DNA from: Akkermansia muciniphila ATCC BAA-835
GTDB lineage: Bacteria > Verrucomicrobiota > Verrucomicrobiia > Verrucomicrobiales > Akkermansiaceae
Length of the DNA stretch: 32,000 nucleotides
NCBI RefSeq assembly: GCF_000020225.1
Contig: NC_010655.1
Location: 2,130,001 to 2,162,000 of the forward strand
Direction of reading: 5' to 3'
The notes beneath the pieces were generated by a model. That model was given only the letters and a program-made list of their open reading frames with translations. It made no database searches and was not told the DNA's origin. The position numbers and the translations under genes were made by a program. Below are positions 6,730 through 14,659 of this stretch, one piece after another; position 1 is the stretch's first letter; the number at the start of each line of letters is the position of its first letter.

Positions 6730-8418
6730 TTACAGCCTGGCCGCCGCCTGGTCCGGCCACGGTACGGGAGCGCCTTCACGGGCTCCGGCGGGATTATTCT
6801 TCTTGTAGGTGGGCATTTGGGCCTTGCGCTCCTTGAGCAGGGTGGTCATGGTCCTGGCCATGACCTTAACGCGTTCCGGCTGCTGTTCCGCCAGGTTGTG
6901 CTCTTCGCTGATGTCCTCCTTGAGGTTGAAGAGTTCGAACTTCTGGTCAGGGTGCCAGTAGATAAGCTTCCAGTCCCCCTGGCGCATGGCCGTGCTGGGG
7001 GAATAAAGGGAGTTGTTTCCGTTCCCTTCCCCCCATACGTTGGGCGTGTGGAAGAGCAGGGAGCGGTTGGGATTCATGCTGCCGCCTTTCAGCAGGGCAA
7101 CAAAGCTTTTGCCGTCCACAACCTGAGGCGCCTGAATTTTTTTTGCTCCTGCTATTTCCAGAATGGTGGGGAAAAAGTCTTCAATGATGACGGGAGTAGT
7201 GCAGACGCTTTCCGCCTTCGTGACCCCGGGCCAGTAGACGATCATCGGTTCCCGGATGCCGCCTTCCCGGTTGGAACCCTTGCCGAAGCTAAGCGGGTAA
7301 TTGGATTCCTTGTTGCCCATGCGCCCGCTGATGGCAAGGCCCCCGTTGTCCGCCATGAAGATGATGACGGTATTTTTATCCAGATTGTTTTTTTTCAGGT
7401 ATTCCCGGATGTCGCCCAGGCTCTTGTCCATCCCCTGGATCAGGGCGGAATAGCGTTTTTCGTTGTCGGACCATTTGTGGCCGTCATTGGGGTTGGAGTA
7501 CTCTTCCGCAAACCTCTTGTCATAACCGCGCATGTCGAAGGGGGCATGGATGGCGTAGTGGGACATGTACAGGTAGAAAGGCTTGTCCGCCTCCCTGGGG
7601 TTTTTCCGGATGGCGTCCAGGCGTTTCAGTGCCTCCTGCGTCAGGGCTTCCGTCAGGAATGTGTCGTTTTCATAGTAATTATTTTCATCCAGTCCGCGGA
7701 CATGGAAATTCCCCGTGCCGTATTTCCGGGAACCCCGGTAGTCCGCCGGGCCGCCTATTTCCGTGCCGGCGATATTGTAGTCAAAGCCGAAGAGCCTGGG
7801 ATTGGCTCCGGGCGTATTTTTGGAGCCGAAATGGGCTTTTCCGCAGTGGATGGTGGTATACCCCTGTTTTTTGAGCAGGGCGGGCAGCCCAAGCACCTGG
7901 GTGAAGGGTTTTTCCATCCTGTACTGGATTTTTTCTTCCGTCAGGGGAAGATGGGTGGTTCCGGATGCCCTGGTTCCTGCCGGCTGGATGCCGTTGACGC
8001 TCCAGTCTGCGGGAGCCTTGAGCGCTTGATGGCCTGCGTCCGTGGTTTGGTCACGCAGGAGCGTCCAGTTCGTGACGCGGTGGCGGGCGGAGTTCATGCC
8101 GGACATGAGGCTGCATCGGCTGGGGGAACAGATAGGCTGCGCGTAGGCGTTCGTGAAGACCATGCCCTGCTTGCCCAGAGCCTCCATGTTGGGCGTGCGG
8201 TAGCGCTTGTTCAGGAAAGTAGGTTTGGGAGTGCCGTCCTCTTCCCGCCAAAAGGGCAGGGATGTATCCTGCCAGCCCATGTCGTCCACCAGAAAGAGGA
8301 TGATGTTGGGGCGTTTCGGTTCTGCCGCGCGGGATGCTTTTACGGAAGCTGCGGAAGCAGAGCAGGCGCTTCCCAGCAGGAACGGGATGAGAAAGGCTGC
8401 AATACGGGAAATGTTCAT
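6730..8418 (-). CDS. Secreted Cys-type (formylglycine-dependent) sulfatase, S1 family
   Basis: Signal peptide MNISRIAAFLIPFLLGSACSASA, metal-site motif LVDDMGWQD, and formylglycine motif CSPSRCSLMSG (C-x-P-x-R). Confidence 0.9.
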   Translation of the reverse strand: MNISRIAAFLIPFLLGSACSASAASVKASRAAEPKRPNIILFLVDDMGWQDTSLPFWREEDGTPKPTFLNKRYRTPNMEALGKQGMVFTNAYAQPICSPSRCSLMSGMNSARHRVTNWTLLRDQTTDAGHQALKAPADWSVNGIQPAGTRASGTTHLPLTEEKIQYRMEKPFTQVLGLPALLKKQGYTTIHCGKAHFGSKNTPGANPRLFGFDYNIAGTEIGGPADYRGSRKYGTGNFHVRGLDENNYYENDTFLTEALTQEALKRLDAIRKNPREADKPFYLYMSHYAIHAPFDMRGYDKRFAEEYSNPNDGHKWSDNEKRYSALIQGMDKSLGDIREYLKKNNLDKNTVIIFMADNGGLAISGRMGNKESNYPLSFGKGSNREGGIREPMIVYWPGVTKAESVCTTPVIIEDFFPTILEIAGAKKIQAPQVVDGKSFVALLKGGSMNPNRSLLFHTPNVWGEGNGNNSLYSPSTAMRQGDWKLIYWHPDQKFELFNLKEDISEEHNLAEQQPERVKVMARTMTTLLKERKAQMPTYKKNNPAGAREGAPVPWPDQAAARL

Positions 8419-8549
8419 TACTAAGAAAACCAGTACTTATTATAATAACGCATGAGACGGACGTTTCTGTCAAGGATTCGTATTCCCGCGGCAGTTTGTT
8501 CGGGAACGCCCCGTTTTTCCGGTGCGGCGTGTACCGGGATGAAAGAGCC

Positions 8550-10328
8550 TTATTCAAACAGGGCCGGATAGGATTTTCGGGCCAGGGCCGTGCTCAAGTC
8601 CACGATAGACCTGCTGTTGGGGGCCTGGAGCGCCTTTTGCGCCATGTCCCGGCACTGGCCGTAGTCCAGATTGCGGATGGCATACCGGATGATGGGGACA
8701 AGGTGGACCCCCACGGACATGGAGGTGGCCCCCAGGCCGATCAGCAGGGGAAGCAGGGTGATGTCCCCCGCCATTTCCCCACAGATGGCCGTGGGAATGT
8801 TTTCCCGTTCTCCGGCGGTGATCGTCATGTCCATGATGCGTATCACGGCAGGATGCGTGGGGCGGAACATATTGGCGACGCGGTTGTTGACCCGGTCCAC
8901 GGCAATAGTGTACTGGGTGAGGTCATTCGTGCCTATGGAGAAGAAATCCACCTCGCGCGCCAGCACGTCCGTCATGATGGCGGCGCTGGGCACTTCAATC
9001 ATGATGCCCACTTTCAAGTCCCGCGCATAGGGGATGTTCTTCCTTTCCAGTTCTTCCCGGCATTCCTGGAGGATGTGCTTGGCTGTGACCACTTCCGTAT
9101 AGCCGGAGACCATGGGGAACATGATGCCGCAGCCGGGCGTGTCCGCGCAGGCACGGAGAATGGCCCGGAGCTGCTGTTTGAACAGCTCCGGGCGGCTGAG
9201 GGAGACGCGGATGCCCCGCCAGCCAAGGAAGGGGTTCGGTTCCGGAGTGCGGAGCTGTTCGCACGGCAGCTTGTCACCGCCTGAGTCCAGGGTGCGGAAG
9301 ATAACGCCGTGGGGGGAACAGCCTTCCGCCAGTTTTCTGTAGTAGCGCGTCTGTTCTTCTTCATCCGGCATGCCGGATGGGTTGCCCAGCAGAAAGAATT
9401 CCGTGCGGAACAGGCCTACCCCTTCCGCTCCCACCTCCTTGATGCCGGAATATTCATGGGGGAACTCCACGTTGACGGACAGGCGGATGTTGCGTCCGTC
9501 CCTGGTGATGGTGGGCAGGCCGCGCAGCGCTTCCAGCGCCTTGTAGGCCTTTTCCTTTTCCACCTGGAGGCGGTGGTAGTATTCCTCCGTTTCTTTCGTG
9601 GGTTTCAGGATGAGCACGCCCTTGTAGCCGTCCAGGATGGCGGGGGAGTGGCTTTCCACTTTCAGAAGGGCCTGGTCAAGCCCCACGACGGCGGGGATGC
9701 CCATGGAGCGGGCGAGAATGGCTGTGTGGGAAACGGAGGAACCTATTTCCGTGGCAAAGCCGTGAATCAGGCTGGCATCCATGGCGGCCGTGTCGGAAGG
9801 GGTCAGGTCGTAGGCCACCAGAACCTGGTCTTTTTCCGTTTCTTCCTCGTCTTCAGGAGGTTCCGTGCTGCGGAGGTTGTTGATGACCCGCTGCATGACA
9901 TCCTCCATGTCCGCCGTTTTGGCGCGCAGGTAGGGGTCGTCCACACGGCGCAGAACTTCCATGTAGTTCTGCATGACCACATAAAAGATGTGCTCCACGT
10001 TCTGGAGGCGCTTGAGCAGTTCCGTCTGAACCTGCTGGAGGATAATTTTATCCTGAAGGAGAAGGATGTGGGCGTCGAAGATGGAGGCATCTTTCTCTCC
10101 GGATATCTGGATCATGCGTTCCCGCAGCGTCCTGATCTGGTCCGCAGTAGTTTGCAGCGCCCGGTGGAAGCGCACCAGCTCGGCATCCACTTCTTCCGGG
10201 GAAATATCGTACGCTACGGGTTCCTTGGAACCGCTGATCTGAATTTTAATCTTGCCCAGAGCAATGCCGGGGGAAACGGGAATGCCCTGAAGCCAGGTTT
10301 CTTCCGTTGAAATGGGTTCCTGAATCAT
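8550..10328 (-). CDS. ptsI: PTS Enzyme I (phosphoenolpyruvate-protein phosphotransferase)
   Basis: Carries GIPVSPGIALGK near the N-terminus, the phosphohistidine region SSVSHTAILARSMGIPAV, FFSIGTNDLTQY and CGEMAGD. The first ATG is at 10328. The track start 10388 is a TTG that overlaps the end of ptsH and remains an alternative. Confidence 0.92.
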   Translation of the reverse strand: MIQEPISTEETWLQGIPVSPGIALGKIKIQISGSKEPVAYDISPEEVDAELVRFHRALQTTADQIRTLRERMIQISGEKDASIFDAHILLLQDKIILQQVQTELLKRLQNVEHIFYVVMQNYMEVLRRVDDPYLRAKTADMEDVMQRVINNLRSTEPPEDEEETEKDQVLVAYDLTPSDTAAMDASLIHGFATEIGSSVSHTAILARSMGIPAVVGLDQALLKVESHSPAILDGYKGVLILKPTKETEEYYHRLQVEKEKAYKALEALRGLPTITRDGRNIRLSVNVEFPHEYSGIKEVGAEGVGLFRTEFFLLGNPSGMPDEEEQTRYYRKLAEGCSPHGVIFRTLDSGGDKLPCEQLRTPEPNPFLGWRGIRVSLSRPELFKQQLRAILRACADTPGCGIMFPMVSGYTEVVTAKHILQECREELERKNIPYARDLKVGIMIEVPSAAIMTDVLAREVDFFSIGTNDLTQYTIAVDRVNNRVANMFRPTHPAVIRIMDMTITAGERENIPTAICGEMAGDITLLPLLIGLGATSMSVGVHLVPIIRYAIRNLDYGQCRDMAQKALQAPNSRSIVDLSTALARKSYPALFE

Positions 10329-10374
10329 CTGCGGGCTTAATGGCCCGGTCTCATATGGCCGTGAGCCGGAGTGT

Positions 10375-10641
10375 TCAATCTTCTTCAAACTTGCGGTAAA
10401 TCAGGTCTTCCAGCGCGTTCAGCGCTTCCTGTTCGTCCTTCCCTTCCGCCGTGATGGTGATCTTGGAGCCGTGGCCTACCGCCAGCATCATCAAACCCAG
10501 AATGCTCTTGCCGTCAACTTCCTCGCCATCCTTCTCCACGACAATGTCTGCATCAAATTTGCTGGCCAGTTTGACGAATTGAGCAGCCGGGCGTGCGTGA
10601 ATGCCGAGTTTGTTGATGATGGTGAGTTCCTTGGTGACCAT
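10375..10641 (-). CDS. ptsH: HPr phosphocarrier protein carrying both the His15 and Ser46 sites
   Basis: 88 aa. It has LGIHARPAAQF (His15 site) and DGKSILGLMML (Ser46 regulatory site). Confidence 0.93.
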   Translation of the reverse strand: MVTKELTIINKLGIHARPAAQFVKLASKFDADIVVEKDGEEVDGKSILGLMMLAVGHGSKITITAEGKDEQEALNALEDLIYRKFEED

Positions 10642-10725
10642 GGAATTTGAAGTAAGGGGTGATAACGGTTGCTACAACGGTAAGTACACTAATTAAAGTT
10701 TTTTTCCAAGAGTTTTTTGTCAGTC

Positions 10726-11688
10726 CTAGTTTTCGGAGGATTGGAAGTTTGACATGAGGCGGCGGTTGAACTCCCCGGCCATGTCGATGCCCATGTCCTT
10801 GAGATGATAGTCCATGGCGGCTACTTCCACCAGCCTGGCAATATCCCTGCCGGGAGCCACGGAAAGCTGAACATGGAGCACTTTTTCCCCCAGGACGTCC
10901 AGCCCCTCCCGCTCCAGGCCAAGCCTGTCCAGCTCTTCCTGGTCCTTGGCGGGAATGAGGGTGACGATGAGGTCCAGACGCTTGTTGTGGCGGATGGATT
11001 TCAGGCCGAAAAGGGTGGTGATGTTGACGATGCCCAGGCCGCGTACCTCCATGAAGCCGCGGCTCATTTCCGGAGCGCTGGCCACCAGTTCTCCGCCCAC
11101 GTTGCGCACGTACACCATGTCGTCCGCCACGAGGGCCGCGCCGCGTTCAATCAGGCCCAGGGCCGTTTCACTCTTCCCCACGCCGCTCTTGCCGCGGATG
11201 AGGACGCCCACTCCGCGCACGTCCACCATGCAGCCGTGCAGGGTGACGCTTTCCGCGAATTCGTTTTCCAGAATGATGGTGGCTGAGTTGACGAATTTCA
11301 TGGTCACCAGGCTCGTGCGGAAGACGCAGACGCCGGCTTCATCCGCCAGCTCCACGATTTCCCGGGGGGGAATTTTGTCACGGGAGAAGACGATGCCCGG
11401 CACCTCGCACCGGAACATGCGCTGAATGCGAGATTTGCGCATGCCTTCCGGCAGTTTTTGAAGATAGGCCAGCTCCGCGGAGCCGAAAACCTGGATACGT
11501 TTGTTGGCAAAGTAGGAGTAGAAGCCGGCGATCGCCAGCCCGGGGCGGTTGAGGGCGGGTTCGCAGATGTGGCGGCTGAGGCCGGCGGGGCTGTTGATGA
11601 GTTCCAGTTGAAGGGCTTCCTTGTACTTGCCGTAAAATTTGGACAGGGTGACGAAATCCACTTTCTTCACTTTGGATTTGCTGAACAT
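10726..11688 (-). CDS. hprK: HPr kinase/phosphorylase, full length (about 320 aa)
   Basis: Carries the Walker A motif GKSGVGKSETAL, plus LVADD and EVRGLGIVNI. The start is set at ATG 11688 (MFSKSKVKKVDF...). The track's upstream extension to 11976 is not protein-like and would overlap the divergent peptidase gene. Confidence 0.9.
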   Translation of the reverse strand: MFSKSKVKKVDFVTLSKFYGKYKEALQLELINSPAGLSRHICEPALNRPGLAIAGFYSYFANKRIQVFGSAELAYLQKLPEGMRKSRIQRMFRCEVPGIVFSRDKIPPREIVELADEAGVCVFRTSLVTMKFVNSATIILENEFAESVTLHGCMVDVRGVGVLIRGKSGVGKSETALGLIERGAALVADDMVYVRNVGGELVASAPEMSRGFMEVRGLGIVNITTLFGLKSIRHNKRLDLIVTLIPAKDQEELDRLGLEREGLDVLGEKVLHVQLSVAPGRDIARLVEVAAMDYHLKDMGIDMAGEFNRRLMSNFQSSEN

Positions 11689-11843
11689 AATCCTATATAA
11701 AGGAACAAAACACACGCGAGAGCAATCAAATATTGTTCCCGGCGCCATGTGCGGGCTCCATTTTTTGAAAAAAGGCCCGTTCCGGCATGGAATGCCACAC
11801 TTTACCGGTTGATTTGAAGCCCCAGGCATGGTCTGATGAAGGC

Positions 11844-13184
11844 ATGAACAGACTGGATCAATTAGCCACCTTGTTGAGATTTCCAAGCATTTCCGCACAG
11901 AAGGAACACGCCCGGGACGTGAGTGATTGCGCGGACTGGCTGGTAGACAAATTGTCCGGCATGGGATTGGAAGCAAAGGCCTGTAAAACGCCCCTCCATC
12001 CCATTGTGCTGGCCCGCAGCCCGCGGGAGGAAGGAAAGCCCACCGTGCTGATTTACGGCCATTACGACGTGCAGCCCGTAGATCCTGTGGAATTATGGGA
12101 ATCCGACCCGTTTGAACCGGAAGTGAGGGACGGGAAGATTTACGCCCGCGGCGCTACGGACAACAAGGGGCAGCTGTTCGCCCATATTCTGGGCGTGGAG
12201 GAATTGCTCTGCCAGAACGGAGGCCACCTCCCCGTAAATGTGATTTTCCTTCTGGAAGGGGAGGAAGAAGTGGGCAGCGGCAGTCTTTCCCAGTTTATCA
12301 AGGAGCACAGGGAAGAGCTGGCCTGCGACGTTATTGTAGTTTCCGATACCGGCATGGCCGCTCCGGACACCCCTACGTTTTCCTACGGGCTGCGCGGCCT
12401 GGCCGGGGCGGAAATTATCGTCAAAGGCCCTTCCGCGGATCTTCATTCCGGCGTATTCGGAGGAGCGGTGGCCAATCCCATCGCCGCTCTTGCGGAAATA
12501 ATCGCCTCCTTCCACGATGAAGAGGGGCGTGTGGCCGTGAGAGGGTTTTACGACGGCGTGGAACCTATCGCCACATGGGAACGCAGCATGTGGGCCACGG
12601 TTCCCGGCATGAGCAATGAGGAGCTGGCTCAGCTGACGGGCGTGGAAACCGTGGTGACGGAGGCCGGTTTCACCGGAGCGGAATGTATTTTTGCCCGCCC
12701 GACGCTGGAAATCAACGGTATCGGCGGAGGTTACCAGGGTGAGGGAAGCAAGACGATTATCCCCAGCCATGCCTTTGCCAAAATTTCATGCCGCCTGGTG
12801 CCGGGACAGCAGCCTGAAAGGATTGCAACCCTGCTGGAAGAACATGTAAAGAAACATTCCCCCAAGGGCGTCACGGTGGAATTCAGGCGGGGCCATGGCG
12901 GGAATGCTTACGTGTGCGATCCGAATTCCGAGTTCGGTCTTGCCGCCCAGCAGGCGCTGGAAGAGGCTTTTGGCCACAAACCCGTGCTGGTAAGGGAAGG
13001 GGGCAGCATCCCGATCATTGAAGAGATGAAGCGCGTGCTGGGAGCGGATGCCCTGATGCTGGGCATGTGCCTTCCGGATGCCCGCATCCATTCCCCCAAT
13101 GAGAACTTTCCCGTGGATTTGTTCTCCAAGGGCATTGACATGAGCCAGATTCTTCTGCGCCGCCTGGGGCAGATCAAGCATTGA
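11844..13184 (+). CDS. M20-family metallopeptidase (dipeptidase, ArgE/DapE/CNDP-like)
   Basis: Carries HYDVQP, ARGATDNKGQ and LLEGEEEVGS metal-site motifs. The start is set at ATG 11844 (MNRLDQLATLLRFPSIS). Confidence 0.85.
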   Translation: MNRLDQLATLLRFPSISAQKEHARDVSDCADWLVDKLSGMGLEAKACKTPLHPIVLARSPREEGKPTVLIYGHYDVQPVDPVELWESDPFEPEVRDGKIYARGATDNKGQLFAHILGVEELLCQNGGHLPVNVIFLLEGEEEVGSGSLSQFIKEHREELACDVIVVSDTGMAAPDTPTFSYGLRGLAGAEIIVKGPSADLHSGVFGGAVANPIAALAEIIASFHDEEGRVAVRGFYDGVEPIATWERSMWATVPGMSNEELAQLTGVETVVTEAGFTGAECIFARPTLEINGIGGGYQGEGSKTIIPSHAFAKISCRLVPGQQPERIATLLEEHVKKHSPKGVTVEFRRGHGGNAYVCDPNSEFGLAAQQALEEAFGHKPVLVREGGSIPIIEEMKRVLGADALMLGMCLPDARIHSPNENFPVDLFSKGIDMSQILLRRLGQIKH

Positions 13185-13191
13185 CCTTTTT

Positions 13192-14070
13192 ATGGACCAG
13201 CCTGTAGCCGCTGAAATAGTCAACCTGCACAAGACCTTTAAAACAGGTCTTGGCAAACCCGTGGTGCATGCCGTGCGGGGGATAGACATGAATATCCGGC
13301 AAGGGGAGGTATATGGCCTCATTGGCCCGAACGGCTCCGGCAAGTCCACCCTGATGAAGGCCCTGCTGGGGCTGGTGAGGCCTACGGAAGGTTCCTGTTC
13401 CATTTTCGGCAGGTCCAGCCTAGCTCCGGACAGCAAGGAGGAAGTGGGCTTTCTTCCGGAAAATCCCTACTTTTACAAATTCCTGACGGGGGCGGAAACT
13501 GTTTCCTTTTACGGCAGGCTGTGCGGCCTGAGCGGAAAATCCCTGAAAGAGAAAGTCAGGGAACTGCTGGAGCTGGTGGGATTGGCTGATGCGGCGGACA
13601 GGCGGCTGGGCGGCTATTCCAAGGGGATGCTCCAGCGCATCGGCATGGCGCAGGCCCTGGTTCAGTCCCCCCGCCTGCTGGTTCTGGACGAACCGACCGC
13701 CGGCGTGGATCCTCTGGGGTCGAGGGATATCCGGAACATTATCGAAAACCTGAAAGGGCGGGGGATGACCGTATTTCTGTGTTCCCACCTGCTGGAACAG
13801 GTGCAGGAGGTTTGCGACCGGGTGGGCGTCATTTTTAAAGGGCTGCTCATTGCGGAAGGGTCTGTGAATGAGCTGACGCGGGATTCCGACAAGCAGGAAA
13901 TACTTCTGGAACATGCTTCCCCGGAATTGATGGAACGGCTGAAGGAGATGGTGAAGGAAGACGGCCGTGCCGTTTGGCTGGAGGATGGGCATCCGCGCAA
14001 CTCCCTGGAAAGCGTATTTCTAAAAAGTTTGTTGGAATGGAAGGAAAAGCATCCCAATCCGGAACCGTAA
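13192..14070 (+). CDS. ABC transporter ATP-binding protein (ABC-2/DrrA-like)
   Basis: Walker A GPNGSGKST, signature-like YSKGMLQRIGMAQAL, Walker B LLVLDEPTAGVD, and H-loop CSHLL. Confidence 0.88.
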   Translation: MDQPVAAEIVNLHKTFKTGLGKPVVHAVRGIDMNIRQGEVYGLIGPNGSGKSTLMKALLGLVRPTEGSCSIFGRSSLAPDSKEEVGFLPENPYFYKFLTGAETVSFYGRLCGLSGKSLKEKVRELLELVGLADAADRRLGGYSKGMLQRIGMAQALVQSPRLLVLDEPTAGVDPLGSRDIRNIIENLKGRGMTVFLCSHLLEQVQEVCDRVGVIFKGLLIAEGSVNELTRDSDKQEILLEHASPELMERLKEMVKEDGRAVWLEDGHPRNSLESVFLKSLLEWKEKHPNPEP

Positions 14071-14627
14071 GCGGTCCGGCGGCTGCCAAACGGGAAGTGC
14101 GCCGCATGATACGTGAAAGGGTGGGCGGATTGGATGCCGCCGCCCGGGAAGCCATGTCCCGTTCCATCTGCCTCCGTGTGTCGGCTCTGGTGCGGGAGAA
14201 GAATTTCCGGCGCGTGGCTGTTTTTGCCGCCAGGCCGGGAGAGGTGGATTTGCTTTCCCTGCTGGATCTGCTTCCGGACCGGGAATGGTACTTCCCGCTG
14301 GTGCATGAGGGGAGAAGGCTGAGTTTTCACCGTGTATGCCATCACGGGGAATTGGTGGCGGGCAGCTGGGGCATACGCGAACCCGGTCCGGGATGCCCGG
14401 AACTGCATGCGGGGGAAATGGATTTGATCGTGCTGCCTGGGGCCGCATTTACCAGGGACGGCAAGCGGCTGGGGTATGGCGGCGGATTTTATGATACGCT
14501 GCTGGCCGGCCCGGCTGCTGGGGTGCCGCTGGCGGGAGTCTGCTTCCCCTGCCAGCTTCTGGACGATCTGCCCATGGAAGCCCATGACAGGCATGTGGAC
14601 ATGGTGATTGCGCCGGGAGGGGAGTAA
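14037..14627 (+). CDS. 5-formyltetrahydrofolate cyclo-ligase
   Basis: Carries GAAFTRDGKRLGYGGGFYD, the family signature. The start is uncertain. ATG 14037 overlaps the ABC gene by 34 nt. GTG 14097 and ATG 14106 are alternatives. The track start 13974 is a TTG deep inside the ABC gene. Confidence 0.8.
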   Translation: MEGKASQSGTVSGPAAAKREVRRMIRERVGGLDAAAREAMSRSICLRVSALVREKNFRRVAVFAARPGEVDLLSLLDLLPDREWYFPLVHEGRRLSFHRVCHHGELVAGSWGIREPGPGCPELHAGEMDLIVLPGAAFTRDGKRLGYGGGFYDTLLAGPAAGVPLAGVCFPCQLLDDLPMEAHDRHVDMVIAPGGE

Positions 14628-14659
14628 CAGTAACACCCTTCCGGAGAAAGGGAAAGAGG

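Noticed and set aside
6694-8424. 576-aa plus-strand ORF opposite the sulfatase. The same applies to 403..1143(+), 5754..6632(+), 9309..10310(+), 15770..16411(+), 16790..17842(+), 17909..18799(+), 18648..19859(+) and 12093..12770(-).
   Set aside because: Each one is antisense to, or out of frame with, a gene supported by strong family motifs. None has a recognisable motif of its own.
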